From assembly GCA_053919585.1 (NCBI GenBank), contig CM132789.1: a stretch of DNA of 64,000 nt. One strand, given 5' to 3'. How positions within the stretch are numbered: position 1 is the first letter of the stretch; the number at the start of each line of letters is the position of its first letter. The notes beneath the pieces are model-generated. The model saw only the letters and a list, made by a program, of their open reading frames with translations, was not told the origin of the DNA and did not search any database. The DNA comes from Euprymna scolopes (lineage: Eukaryota). Below, one piece after another: positions 11,101 through 21,407 of this stretch. A program made the translations under genes and the position numbers.

Positions 11101-14100
11101 TGATATGTATAGTATTCACTCATAAACTAATTAACTGATCATTATGAATTTTGGAACAGAGCTGCAAGATGTACGGGATTTATATGTGGCCTAAACTTAG
11201 TTGCCTGATATATTTCTAGTTAGAATTCTTCTAGTAAGATATTAGCTACTTATAGGAGGGACCACATGAAGGTTGCCAACATCCTAAGCGAAAGACTTAG
11301 GTAGCATATATCTTAATTTTGATCTTTGTTAAAGGAAATAAAAGTTATGCAAAACTGTTTTGTCAGTGGAATTAATTTTACCCATTGTGAATTATACAAT
11401 GAATGAGTAACATTAGTCTTAAAGATAGGCTTAGATCTGATGACCTCAGAGGAAAATTAAATCTGGACATTATGAGCAGATGTGTGCAGAACAGGAGACT
11501 GTTAATATAGTTGCATTGAAAGAACAGATAAGAGTTCTTGGGTTAACAGACATAGAACAGTTGAGGTACCAAGATGAGTTGGCAGGCGAAGACCAAGGAA
11601 AACATGGGAGGAAGGGATAAGGTTGGAATTGAAAAACATAAGAATAAATAAAGACCTGGCCAGAAATCGGTTACTTCAGAAATCAATTTTCAAAAGCCGT
11701 CCAACATATGCCAGTATGTACAAAAGACGTTAAACCAATTATGATGATGATGGATCTTCGAATGGACTTTCAAAAATGTAATAAATGTAACAACAAGGAA
11801 GAAATCTAGCGTCAATCTGGACAGGTGCTGTGCCACTGTATCCTTTTCTGTGTAAATTTCTACCTGCCTTTCCCTACATGCCAACTGAAGCAGGCTTCTT
11901 TTTTTTTTCTTTTTTTTTTAACTTGCATTCCCACGAGGGCAGAGTTAGACACAAGGTCAGTTTTTAATATAGGGGGAAACCAGCTCCCCAAAAAGGGACA
12001 CTCAAGTTAGTAACAAAAATTAAAAAAATGTATCAGTTATGAAGGATTTCTCCTCCATTAACCGAGACCAAAAAAGTGTAAGGCAGCCTCAGAACAGATA
12101 CTACACTTTGATCTTTGCCTTAAGGCCAAGAAAGAAAAAAGGCAACCCTTTTATCAGATTTATTTCACCAAATTTAATGATGATAATGATGATGATGATA
12201 TATATATATATATATATATCATTTTGATTATTCCTACTACTATTCTCATCTTGAGTGTTATTTTCACAATGTTCCGATCAATGTAACCTCCAACCTTCTT
12301 CAGATGCATGTTGTTGAACTTCGGAATCTATATGGAATTTCAAACAGGACTCTTTATTTACTCCACGGGGATAGCATGTTGTCATGACTGGATAGAAGTC
12401 CGAAGTAATTTGCAATTGTATTTTTAAATGTCACTCACACTGAGCATTGAAAAGAGTGAAAGTGAATTTTACAAAGTACTTTATCCATTATGCCATGGAT
12501 CCTTGTGAGTTCAACAGAAAAATTCCTGAATTTGACAAGATACACCTAAAGAAAGTTACATCGCTAAAAACGTTGCAAAAATAATACTCAACATGAGAAC
12601 AGTAGTCCGAATAACCCAAATGATATGTGGGAACATGATGAGAATTAGCAGCGAACCGGATGTTAACACATCCACCATGAGAGACAAAATGAAAAATCGT
12701 CTTTTGCACATGGCTCCACGCATCGCTTCCGCTTGGGAAGAAAAAAATAAGATAACCACAAAATAGTTATCGACCAATGGCAGAGCTCTGCGCCTAAAAT
12801 AAACACCTCAAATATCACAGTCACTGGGAGCCGGTTTGCCACTATAAAACGAGGGTTTTTAGGGAACCAGAAGAGAGGGGAGGAAAAAGAAGACTAAGAC
12901 ACCGGGCTGCTAGCTGCTGATGAAAGAAGTCACCCACTTTCCAGTTACAAGCCAGGACACGCATCACCGACAGCAGGATGACCGACCTACCCCTACTACA
13001 TCCATCGTCCAAAAGATAAGTTACGTTTACGAACATTCATTTCTTGTCAATTCATACATACTTACAAACGTTTTACGAACATTCATTCCCTGTTAAATCG
13101 TACATACCTGCAAACATTCTACGAACATTTCACCGTAATACAAACTGTGAAATATCTCCATCGGACAATCCATTCTTCGTTAAATCACATTCCATCCTAT
13201 GAATACTTCGCCTCTTCTAATACAAACTGTTAGTAGTAAATAAAATCGGCTCTAAACCTTCAATATTCGTCTGTCTTTAATTATATGGAGTCAGAATCTA
13301 CACACTTCCAACGTTGTTCATTTCATGTATTCTTTGTTGTGACCTCTATGGCATCCTTCCTACCCCTAATCCTTTTATAAAAGCTGAGGCCATAGATATA
13401 TATTATCAATCCTCATCTCAAAAATTCAGAGACCTGATAACTTATTCATCCCAAATCACAGAATAGTAGTTTCCTTACGTGCTCCTATTTTTTTTAAGCT
13501 TTTTATTTTCTTCTCCATTTTTATGCTGTTATCTTTTTTTCTAGCCCAAAAAAGTGGCATTGAGTATGAGTGGTGACGTCATTATTGGACGAGGAAAGAC
13601 AACGGATGATCATTTAATCACACTTTGGAAATTAAAAAATGAAATAATTGATTCAGAGTTGTTTTCAAACATGAAAAACATCGACATCTTCAAAAAGCAT
13701 GGTAAGTTACAAGTTTTGTAAGATGAACATGTCGCATAAAACCAAAATCATTAAAAATAATGGAAAAATGTTTGCAATTATTAGAATAGGTTTTTCTGTA
13801 CCAAAATTTAGTTTGATAAATGTCTATAAATGTTTGTTTTCTCAGTTGTTTTGACTCGTTATCTACAAAGTGATATACCTCTCATTTTCTTTTTGAATAT
13901 ACAAATCTATGTCTAACCATGATCTTTCAATATTTTGTCTATACGATGTTGGGATGAACTAAAATGATTCACAGAAAAAAATGACGAAAATTGAGTTAGT
14001 TTGAATTAACTTAAGCTTTCTATTTTCTGGAATAGATTACTGAGCCTTCAGTAACTTCTTGTTGAATAATTGGTTGTTGAAGTATATTATTTGGACTACC

Positions 14101-16305
14101 GTTCTCCTTTGGATTGTTATTCACACAAAATTTTGACCAATGTAACTTCCAATCTTCTTTGGGTATATCTTGCCAAACTCTGGAATCTTTCTGTCACTCA
14201 CAAATCTGTATAGAATTTCGAATTGAATCTTTTATTTAATCCACAAGATTAGCATACTCTAACTCCATAAGCCTTGATCGAGTAGAATTTCTTTATGTGC
14301 CTAAACCTAAACATAGATTCCATGAACAAAGCTTCTTTCTTAGAACTGCACGCCTGTGGAACTTTGTTCCGTTTTCCTGCTTTCCAACTGACTACAATAT
14401 GGTCGTTTTCAAGTTCAAGTTGAGCCGTTCCCCTTAAGTAATTCAATTTACTAAATTTCCACTACTAACAATTACCACTGTATTTTCCATTGACTACTGT
14501 ACACTCATCCTCAAGTGGCCTCTGAGTCTTGATAAGTGATGACTCCTTTGTCAAAAAAAAAAAGTTTTAAGTAATTGTCCAGAAAGATCCATGAAATAAA
14601 GTATTAAGTAAAATTCAGTCGTTAATGATACAATTCTGGAGGTTGAAGATTAAATCCTCAATGCAAACGATACTCAGAATACAATCACAAGTTACTTAAA
14701 CATTCTATCGAATAATGGCAAACAAAATGTATTAAATAAAAGGTTTCATTCAGAATTCCATGCAGATTCACAAATTCCGCAGAAAGACTCCCGTGCTCGA
14801 CAAGACACATCTGAAGACGGTCAGAGGTCACATTACCAAAACGTTGTGCACGATAAGAACAGTAGTTCGAATAATCCAAATTCGTCTTACAAATTAATAA
14901 ACATAATTAGCTGAAGTGTTGCATGGCCTTTTATTTGAACGTTAGGGTTAGATTTATGGTTATGGCTCCACATTCTCTAACCACAGTATTGTATCAAACA
15001 CAGAATTGTTTTTCTTACATGTACTGTTTTGTTTGCAATATGAGATATAGATTTCATACGAAATGAGATTTATCCAACATAGATTATAACGTAAGTGTAG
15101 ATATATTAAAGTAGAGCTGTCTCCTTAAGCTATCTAACACGGACCATCCCCAATACTAATAGAGTGCATCTTTAAATAACAAATAAAAAGCCATTGCAAT
15201 GGAAAATTGATTAAAAAAAAATGAATAAAAACACTGATAGGCTGGCACCTAAGATAAAAAAGGACCACTCAACCCATTGATAGCCCAAAAGGAAAGAAGT
15301 AAACTGTTCCTGTTTCTCCATGTGAAAGAGGCCAACTAGAGGCAGTTATCAAACCTTGGTTAAAAAAAAAAGTTCTGACCCTTATACCCACCATATGCAG
15401 CAACTATGATGAATGCTGCTTCATTTTTCTTTTCTTTTTTTGTTTTGTGAGAGGACACAGTTGCGGACCAGGATATAAATATCCTAACTCGCTACAAGAA
15501 AAAATAATGAAAGGAATTGAATGACGGAAACAAAGAACTCAAATGCTGGAATAAAATAAACATGTTTATTTTCTGTTGAGAAATGAAAGTCTTGGGTGTA
15601 CACGTGTTCATTTGGCCATCGACGACTAGCGCGTGGAAGGAAAGGGGAATGCAATAGAGAAACGCGAAGTGGCAAGCCGGCCTGTAGAAAGAGAGGGTTA
15701 AGCTCAGTAGAGAGTCGCGCACATGTCTGTGTTGATGGACCAAAACGAAGGGGAGATAGAGTGAGAAAGTCAATCCCGGTTATGGAGATAGAAAGCGTAT
15801 AAAGTGTACGTGCGCTTATCCCACATTACAGTAGCAGGGAAAGTGACGTTAGGGCGCGGTTGGTTTGTCGACTAAACAGGTCGAACGCTGGTCCGGACAA
15901 GAAAAGGGAAGTTGACAGGTTTTGTTGACTTTTATACTGGAGTTAGTGTTCTTGGTGCGCATGTCTGGTTTTCACTTAAAAGGAAGTGACGTCACAGCTC
16001 GGGTGTGTGTATGCGCATGAATGTGAGTGTGTGTATGAGGCTGTGTATATGTGTGCGTGTGTGTGTGTGTGTACGTGCGTGCGTACGTGTGGGTGTGTAT
16101 ATGTGAGGGAAAACATGTTCGAACGACACAAATACTTTAATTTAATTATATGATAGATTTTTTTTTTGTTTGTACTGAAGCATTTCTTTTTACAAATCAT
16201 CTTGATTTCTTTTTGGCAGGTTATGGTAATAAACTAAAAATAACCACAGATGATGATGGTGATGATGATGATGATGATGATGATGACAATACTCACGATG
16301 ATTAA
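2821..16305 (+). CDS. 3' exons of an unidentified, probably WD40/beta-propeller protein with an acidic tail (exons 2821-3073, 9708-9880, 13545-13701, 16220-16305)
   Basis: Polypyrimidine-AG acceptors and GT donors with matching phases 0-1-0-1. The joined frame reads ...VIWNISKS/ELLQRIV...LIFSPNE...FCLWRK...EK/PKKVALSMSGDVII...LITLWKL...KHG/YGNKLKITTDDDGDDDDDDDDDNTHDD*, with WD-like hydrophobic strands ending in W. Confidence 0.7.
4250..4520 (+). mobile_element. RTE-like LINE endonuclease N-terminal fragment
   Basis: SLNVGGLCGKSGEIVEFLERRRIGLYCIQET. Confidence 0.7.
4558..4608. repeat. (GAA)n microsatellite
   Basis: Perfect trinucleotide run. Confidence 0.95.
6025..6100 (+). ncRNA. Solitary type I hammerhead ribozyme with extended stem II
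   Basis: Stem I TCTGT/ACAGA plus AAGT/ACTT; core CTGAGGA 6036-6042; stem II AGCTAC/GTAGCT with inner CGGCC/GGCCG; GAAA 6077-6080; stem III ACA-ataa-TGT; GUA triplet, cut after 6090. Confidence 0.8.
6294..6366 (+). promoter_or_regulatory. tRNA(Glu/Asp)-derived internal Pol III promoter, repeated every 322 bp
   Basis: A-box-like TAGTCAAGGGG 6301-6311, D-stem AGTC/GACT, B box GGTTCGATCC 6345-6354, ends GGGAG; acceptor and anticodon stems decayed. Confidence 0.8.
6372..6432 (+). ncRNA. Type I hammerhead ribozyme, copy 1
   Basis: Stem I TTAGTC/GACTAA plus CGGCA/TGTCG; core CTGATGA 6386-6392; stem II GTTGT/ACAAC; GAAA 6406-6409; stem III ACAG/CTGT; GUA cleavage triplet, cut after 6419. Confidence 0.92.
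6439..6442 (+). terminator. Candidate Pol III terminator TTTT, one per 322-bp unit
   Basis: The only T4 run in the unit, 6 nt after hammerhead stem I. Confidence 0.5.
6694..6754 (+). ncRNA. Type I hammerhead ribozyme, copy 2
   Basis: Identical to copy 1 (+322). Confidence 0.92.
7016..7076 (+). ncRNA. Type I hammerhead ribozyme, copy 3
   Basis: Identical to copy 1 (+644). Confidence 0.92.
7338..7398 (+). ncRNA. Type I hammerhead ribozyme, copy 4
   Basis: Identical to copy 1 (+966). Confidence 0.92.
7660..7720 (+). ncRNA. Type I hammerhead ribozyme, copy 5
   Basis: Identical to copy 1 (+1288). Confidence 0.92.
7982..8042 (+). ncRNA. Type I hammerhead ribozyme, copy 6
   Basis: Identical to copy 1 (+1610). 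Confidence 0.92.
8052..8110. repeat. (TA)n microsatellite abutting the ribozyme array
   Basis: Perfect dinucleotide run; similar runs at ~2736, 30904, 31135, 40923, 54871 and 56801. Confidence 0.95.
9205..9646. mobile_element. tRNA-headed SINE-like element with Penelope-type minimal hammerhead tail, inverted pair
   Basis: Minus arm has A box TGGCATAATGG (9351-9361) and B box GGTTCAATCC (9289-9298); plus arm has acac-CAGAAGA...GAAACGTT-gtgt (9552-9595); termini are inverted. Confidence 0.7.
9708..9880 (+). CDS. Exon of the WD40-like gene (ELLQRIVQHYNVPILIFSPNESLPYFASWVE...LKLDEK)
   Basis: ttttgaag acceptor, AAG|gtaagt consensus donor, open frame. Confidence 0.75.
10390..10818. mobile_element. 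Foldback MITE with ~100-bp TIRs
   Basis: AGTGATCTGGAC...CCGCCCGGCTTTC...GAACATGACGTCAACAG mirrored by CTGTTGACATCATGTTC...GAAAGCTGGGCGG...CTAGATCACT. Confidence 0.75.
11400..11745 (+). mobile_element. RTE-like LINE 3' fragment
   Basis: GRRPRKTWEEGI-type C-terminal motif followed by (ATG)n. Confidence 0.6.
12221..12621. mobile_element. Same SINE-like/hammerhead family, inverted pair
   Basis: Homologous to 9205-9646; minus arm CTGAAGAAGGTTGGAGGTTACATTGATCGGAACATTGTG. Confidence 0.7.
12661..13313 (+). mobile_element. Possible solo LTR
   Basis: TGTT...AACG ends, TATA-like CTATAAAA, AATAAA near the 3' end, internal subrepeats. Confidence 0.35.
13545..13701 (+). CDS. Exon of the WD40-like gene (PKKVALSMSGDVIIGRGKTTDDHLITLWKLK...FKKH)
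   Basis: tttttctag acceptor, G|gtaagt donor, open frame, phase 0/1. Confidence 0.75.
14085..14882. mobile_element. Same SINE-like/hammerhead family, inverted pair with an intervening LINE 3' fragment (~14250-14560)
   Basis: Plus arm CTGAAGACGGTCAGAGGTCACATTACCAAAACGTTGTG; shared GAACAGTAGTTCGAATAATCCAAA terminus. Confidence 0.65.
16220..16305 (+). CDS. Terminal exon of the WD40-like gene with a (GAT)n poly-Asp tail
   Basis: ttttggcag acceptor, phase 1, TAA at 16303-16305, AATAAA at 16334-16339. Confidence 0.65.
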
Positions 16306-16979
16306 ATTCCAGTTCTGTTCAAATCATGGATTCAATAAAAATCTGTAAAATATAATTCCTATGACAATTAGGATCTTTTCTTTTTTTTTTTCTTAGTCCA
16401 TTCACAAATTTAATTCCAACAGCGAAAACATCTTACACGATGCTATTAATGCTAATGTCTTAACATTACAGCCATGGCATAATTCCCACTAAAACTATTA
16501 CTAATCAGTTAACTGTACACATTCTTAATTTGATAGCAACATGTGAAGATAGATCTGAAAGTCCTCAGAAAGGAAGTATGGCAAATATATTCGCTTGTTC
16601 TAACTTGAAACAAACAACAACAAAAAAAATAAAAAAATAAAAATAAAATAAGGAACTTATATTTATAAGTTCCTTAAAGAAAGATAAGTGGCCTGTAATA
16701 TTTAATCAAATGTCTTTAAAAAAATGCTGCTCATATATATTATATCGTATAAATTTTTATTTATGCAAATATTTTTGGCTACACATATATATACATGTTT
16801 CAGCTACAACTTTAGTCAAAGTTTTAGTTCTTCAGTCATTCAGTGACAGAGAAAAAAAAATTGTATAAACACTGTAGCTTGATGGGATTAATACTTCTAA
16901 CTACCCCCTCCCACACACATGTATTTAAAAAAAAAAGTTTAGTTCAATAACTATAACTTTAGTTATGTTTTTGAATTTT

Positions 16980-17800
16980 TGAGATAAGGATTTTTTGTGG
17001 GGCTAATAAGTATGTTAACCCCGCAAACTGAAGAAAAATAAAAAGTGAGTTAAACACAACCAAAGCAAAGAAGGCCAAAGAGGATATTAAATTTATATCG
17101 AATTTATTTTCTCGAAATAAAAAATAAATAGAAAAATTATCTTCTGCAGAAATGGGACGTGTTTGTTGAAATCGGGTCTTTCAACAGGGCTAGTAGTGGT
17201 AGGTCTTCGTAGACCCGGGGTCCTCAAACAAGTTACGTCTGGCTGGTCAGTAATTGAGGTACTGGCTGGGAGTCGGTCGGAAGCCGGGAAGTTTTCCTTT
17301 AGAAAGGACGTGGCCTGCATGTGTGTGGCTGTCTAAAAAACGAATTGTCCTTAAAATGGGTGGTTGATGAGAGGTATCTTTAAATGGACAGTTATAGTAT
17401 TGTTGGTGCAGACGACGAGTCACGAGCATAGCAGATACACTGAGAATATCAGTGGGTGTATCATTGCTGTCAGCTTGACTACTGCCTGTAGAGTCGTCTG
17501 TTGATGCGGTCGTACAAGCAAGTGGGGAGCTGCTATGCCTACTGATTCTGAGATGCTCACTGACGAGATATAGGAATCGTTTTTATAGCGATTTCAACCT
17601 GGAAATCGGCTCCAAATTCAACTCAGAAAATATGCTTTTTTTGCGCATTTTGACTGGCTAGAAAGTCGACAGCCTCTGTTACGTCCGCCAAAGAATGGGT
17701 CTGGTTGGGTCGAGGGGGTCAGTGGCTGACGAAATATTTTTGTTTTTTATATAAAGGTGCATAAAGGCGCATGTGTAAGAGGCAAATTTTACGCATTTCG
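16980..17800 (-). mobile_element. Probable retroelement 5' region (GC-richer, Ser/Thr/Pro-rich broken ORFs)
   Basis: Composition shift and low-complexity reading frames; no diagnostic motif. Confidence 0.3.
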
Positions 17801-17920
17801 TCTAGGGGAGTTGAGGTGTCTACATCCGGTTGGCAAGTAGATATGTGTTGCACATTGTTATTGTTTTTAGTTCAGTAGCCCACACCGTTGTTTGCTAGAG
17901 TGACGGTGAGGCTACGATAG

Positions 17921-18303
17921 ATTGATTTTTTGGACTCTTCAGACTACTGTTCTCATCTTGAGTGTAATTTTTCATAACGTTTCAGTCAATGTAACCTCCA
18001 ATCTTCTTCAAGTGTATCATGTTGCACTTGGGAATCTGCACAGAATTTCAAACAGAATCTGATAAACGTGAATCAAACTGGGTGGAAGTCCTACGTAATT
18101 TGTAATTGTATTTTTTAAGCAATGCCTGCGCTTGAACCTTCAGAAGTGTAAGTTTTACAACTAAATTCTATCAAGTACTCTATCTACTATACCACAGCGA
18201 CACTACAAAATACAATTGTGAATTACTTAGGACTTCTAATCAGTCATGGCCGATGGATTAAAAAAAGGGTTCTGTTCGAAATTCTGTACAGATTCCCGAG
18301 TTC
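17921..18303. mobile_element. Same SINE-like/hammerhead family, inverted pair
   Basis: Minus arm TTGAAGAAGATTGGAGGTTACATTGACTGAAACGTTATG; partial plus arm. Confidence 0.65.
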
Positions 18304-18539
18304 TCTAACTGTGCATTGAACTAATACCATATTACTTGGTTTACTCCACCTTATCATAACAAAGGTCCATAGAAAATTTCAACTAAATCAGTCAAGTAGT
18401 TTCCAAGAAAAAATGGAATGAACAAACAGACATACTAATAGATATTAGCATGGAGACCCAATGTTGCCTGGGATTGAATGATGATCAACAAATGTTCCAC
18501 ACTCTTATTTTTACTGTCATCAAAATCGGTGCAATCGCT

Positions 18540-20835
18540 CAATTTTTCAATCAAATTGATTTATAGCCTGCTTCTGTTGGCGACGCATTGTGGTGCACTG
18601 GAAGGAAGCTTTACATGCCACCCTGCAAGACAGATGATGAGGGGAGGTCCTGTCACAATTTCTCCATTGCTTATGACCTAATGCAGATTGATCACAAACC
18701 CGCCTCTGTGCCCAACATCGATGGTCAGTATGCGAGTCTCCAAGATCTTTTTCTCACAACTTTCCCTGAGCTATATTCATTCGGTCTCTGCTGGGATCTT
18801 CAGACCACTCACTTGTCTCAGATAAGGTAAAAATAAAATGTAGACCCCTACGTACCACTCCATCGTACAGCATATCGATACTCTATGGCTGACTGGGATA
18901 GCTTCCATACATTTATATCAGATCTACCTCTGCATTCCATGTTTAAAAAAATGTGTCCTCTATAGTATCAGACCTGACTGAATGGTTAATTGTAGGTATA
19001 GACCACCTCATACCCTCCAAAAAAATTCCAGCAAAAACCTAACAGCCAGTCGTGGTTCTCTCCAGAATGTGCTGCTGCCAATGCGCACAGAAATCACTAT
19101 TTCCATTACTTCCAACGTAATAGATGTACTGAGACTAAAGCCGCCTTTAAGACTGCCAGCAACCTCTGTAAAAGAGTAATAAAGAACATGAGAGAGTTGT
19201 ATGCTCAGTCCGTCAAGTCCAAAGTAGCTGAGCAGCTGATTGGTTCCCACCAGTTTTGGCAAATAACAAACAAGATCCTGAATAGAAGCATGTGCTCTGT
19301 CTCAACCATCATCAATGGACCTGAGGTAATCTTGTCAGCATCGGACAAAGCCAAACTCTTTGCCAAGAACTTTGCAGCTAATTCTACTCTATGTGATCAG
19401 GGCTACTAAACCCCCATATTTTCTCCCGTGTCTGAAAACACGCTATGCAACATAAAAATATCTGTGCTAATCAAAAAAAAACCTTGATTCCAGTAAATCA
19501 ACTGGCCCTGATGGTATTCCAATTATAGTGCTCAAAAAGCTTCAACCAGAATTAGCTCCCATACTTGCAAAGCTGTTTAAGCGTTGTCTTAAGAAATGCT
19601 TCCCATCACCCTGGAAAACCTCATCAGTATGCCCTGTATTTAAGAATTCAGATGATCGGTCATCTTCCTCTCAGTACAGACGAATAAGTCTCCTGTGCGT
19701 CATGAGTAAGTCACTTGAATCAGTGTTAAATCGAGTAGTAGTCAACCACCTCAGCAAAGATAACCTTCTTAGTGACATGCAATATGGTTGTCGTTCTGCC
19801 AGATCTACAGCAGACGTGCTAACAGTTATATTTCACAGGGTTAGTGAATCTCTCGATGGAGGCTTCATTTCTAGGACAATTGCTCTTGACATATCAAAGG
19901 CCTTTGATAGAGTATGGCATAAAGGTCTACTCCACAAAATCTCCAGCTATGGTATAGCTAGAAATGTCTTTTCAATTATTAAATCATTTCTGATAGGTTC
20001 ATAAGAGTAATAGTTGATGGGTAGAAATCAGAAGCTCACAGTATTAATGCTGGAGTACCTCAGAGGTTCATCCTGGGCCCAACTCTCTTCCTGATCTACA
20101 TCAATGATTTCCCAAATCACATTCTTAAATCATTCATAGACATTTATGCAGACGACACTACCATCTATGGTAACACTTCAAAGGCCATAAATGAACAAGT
20201 TCTCTCTGATCTTGTGCATGTGGTGCAATGGGGAAAGAGGTGGCTGGTTAATTTTAATGCATCTAAAACCAAGCTTCTATCTTTACATCACCAATGCTCT
20301 GATCCCATCTGACATCAATCGAAATGAATGATTCTCATCTTGGGGAGGCTCCAGCTTCCGAGTCTGACCATTACTCCAGCTCTGGGATGGAACACGTGCA
20401 TCAAATCTGTTGCCAAGGTCGCTGGAAAAATGGTGGGATCATTCTACTGCTTTGGTAGATATCTCACTACTGATGCAATTCTCTACCTATATATAAGCTA
20501 AGTACGTCCAAGGATGGAGAACTGTTCCCATATCTGGGCAGGAGCTGCTAGAAGTAGCTGATCCTGCCTTGACAGAGTTCAAAATAGACTTCGTAGCTTG
20601 ATGAACAAAGTTTCTTTCTTAGAACTGCATGCCTGTGGAACTCTGTTCCATTTTCTTGCTTTCCAACTGATGACAAGTTCAACATGAACAAGTTCTTGAT
20701 GAGATGTCTCCTGTAGTAACCCAATTTACAAAATTTCCACTACTAACGATGACTATGATATTGTCCTATTGACTACCATACACTCATTAACCTCGAATGG
20801 CCTCCAGGCCTTTATAAGTGATGACCTCTTTGTAA
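18540..20835 (+). mobile_element. Decayed LINE (CR1/L2/Jockey-group) ORF2, from the end of the endonuclease through RT to the 3' tail
   Basis: STGPDGI, YRRISLL, QYGCRSARST, ALDISKAFDRVWH, GVPQ, IYADDT motifs with frameshifts and stops. Confidence 0.92.
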
Positions 20836-21137
20836 AATTTTTTTAAAAAGTGTATATGTGTATATTAAGTGATTTTTTTTTTAATTTCAAATTGAATTCT
20901 GTTGTTGTTTTATGTCTCTGCTCCAAACACAAACTGATGAAATAGTTTCAATGAATTCGGTAAACAATCCTATCCATTAGATCATAAGACATCAGATAAA
21001 AAATATAGCAAATTACAATTTCTTATCTGGCACAAAACGAACTGTACCAAAACCTCTAACAAGGAAATCAAACCATTAAACTAAACAGTACCCCAACAAT
21101 AAAACAAAAAAGAAAAAACAAAAATCATTGAGAATGT

Positions 21138-21143
21138 TTTATT
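21138..21143 (-). promoter_or_regulatory. Candidate polyadenylation signal AATAAA for ERCC4
   Basis: AATAAA on the minus strand about 25 nt after the stop codon. Confidence 0.4.
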
Positions 21144-21167
21144 AACAATATAAATATATTCAAATAT

Positions 21168-21407
21168 TCATCTTTTTTTGTACATTTTTTTTAGTTCCGT
21201 CTTTGATTTCCCAGCTGTTTCTTTTGCAGAAACAACTTTATCTTTTGTATGAATGAAATTCCACAAGGTTTCAGCATTTCGCGCATTGCCCAGGATCTCC
21301 GTGAGTTGGTCGACAGACAAAGAACTCAATTCATGTAAATCGGTCACTTTATTCATGATCAAGCGGTAATTCTTTGTATTAATACTTGGCATTTTCAGTA
21401 GAAAATC
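21168..21407 (-). CDS. ERCC4: ERCC4 terminal exon, HhH2 domain ([15 protein letters not shown]...[16 protein letters not shown]...), TGA stop
   Basis: tttcag acceptor; stop at 21168-21170. Confidence 0.95.
   Translation of the reverse strand, partial: DFLLKMPSINTKNYRLIMNKVTDLHELSSLSVDQLTEILGNARNAETLWNFIHTKDKVVSAKETAGKSKTELKKMYKKR

Noticed and set aside
19528-20004. Active reverse transcriptase gene
   Set aside because: The surrounding ORF2 has multiple stops and frameshifts. It is a dead LINE of the APE type and not shown to be the partner of the ribozyme elements.
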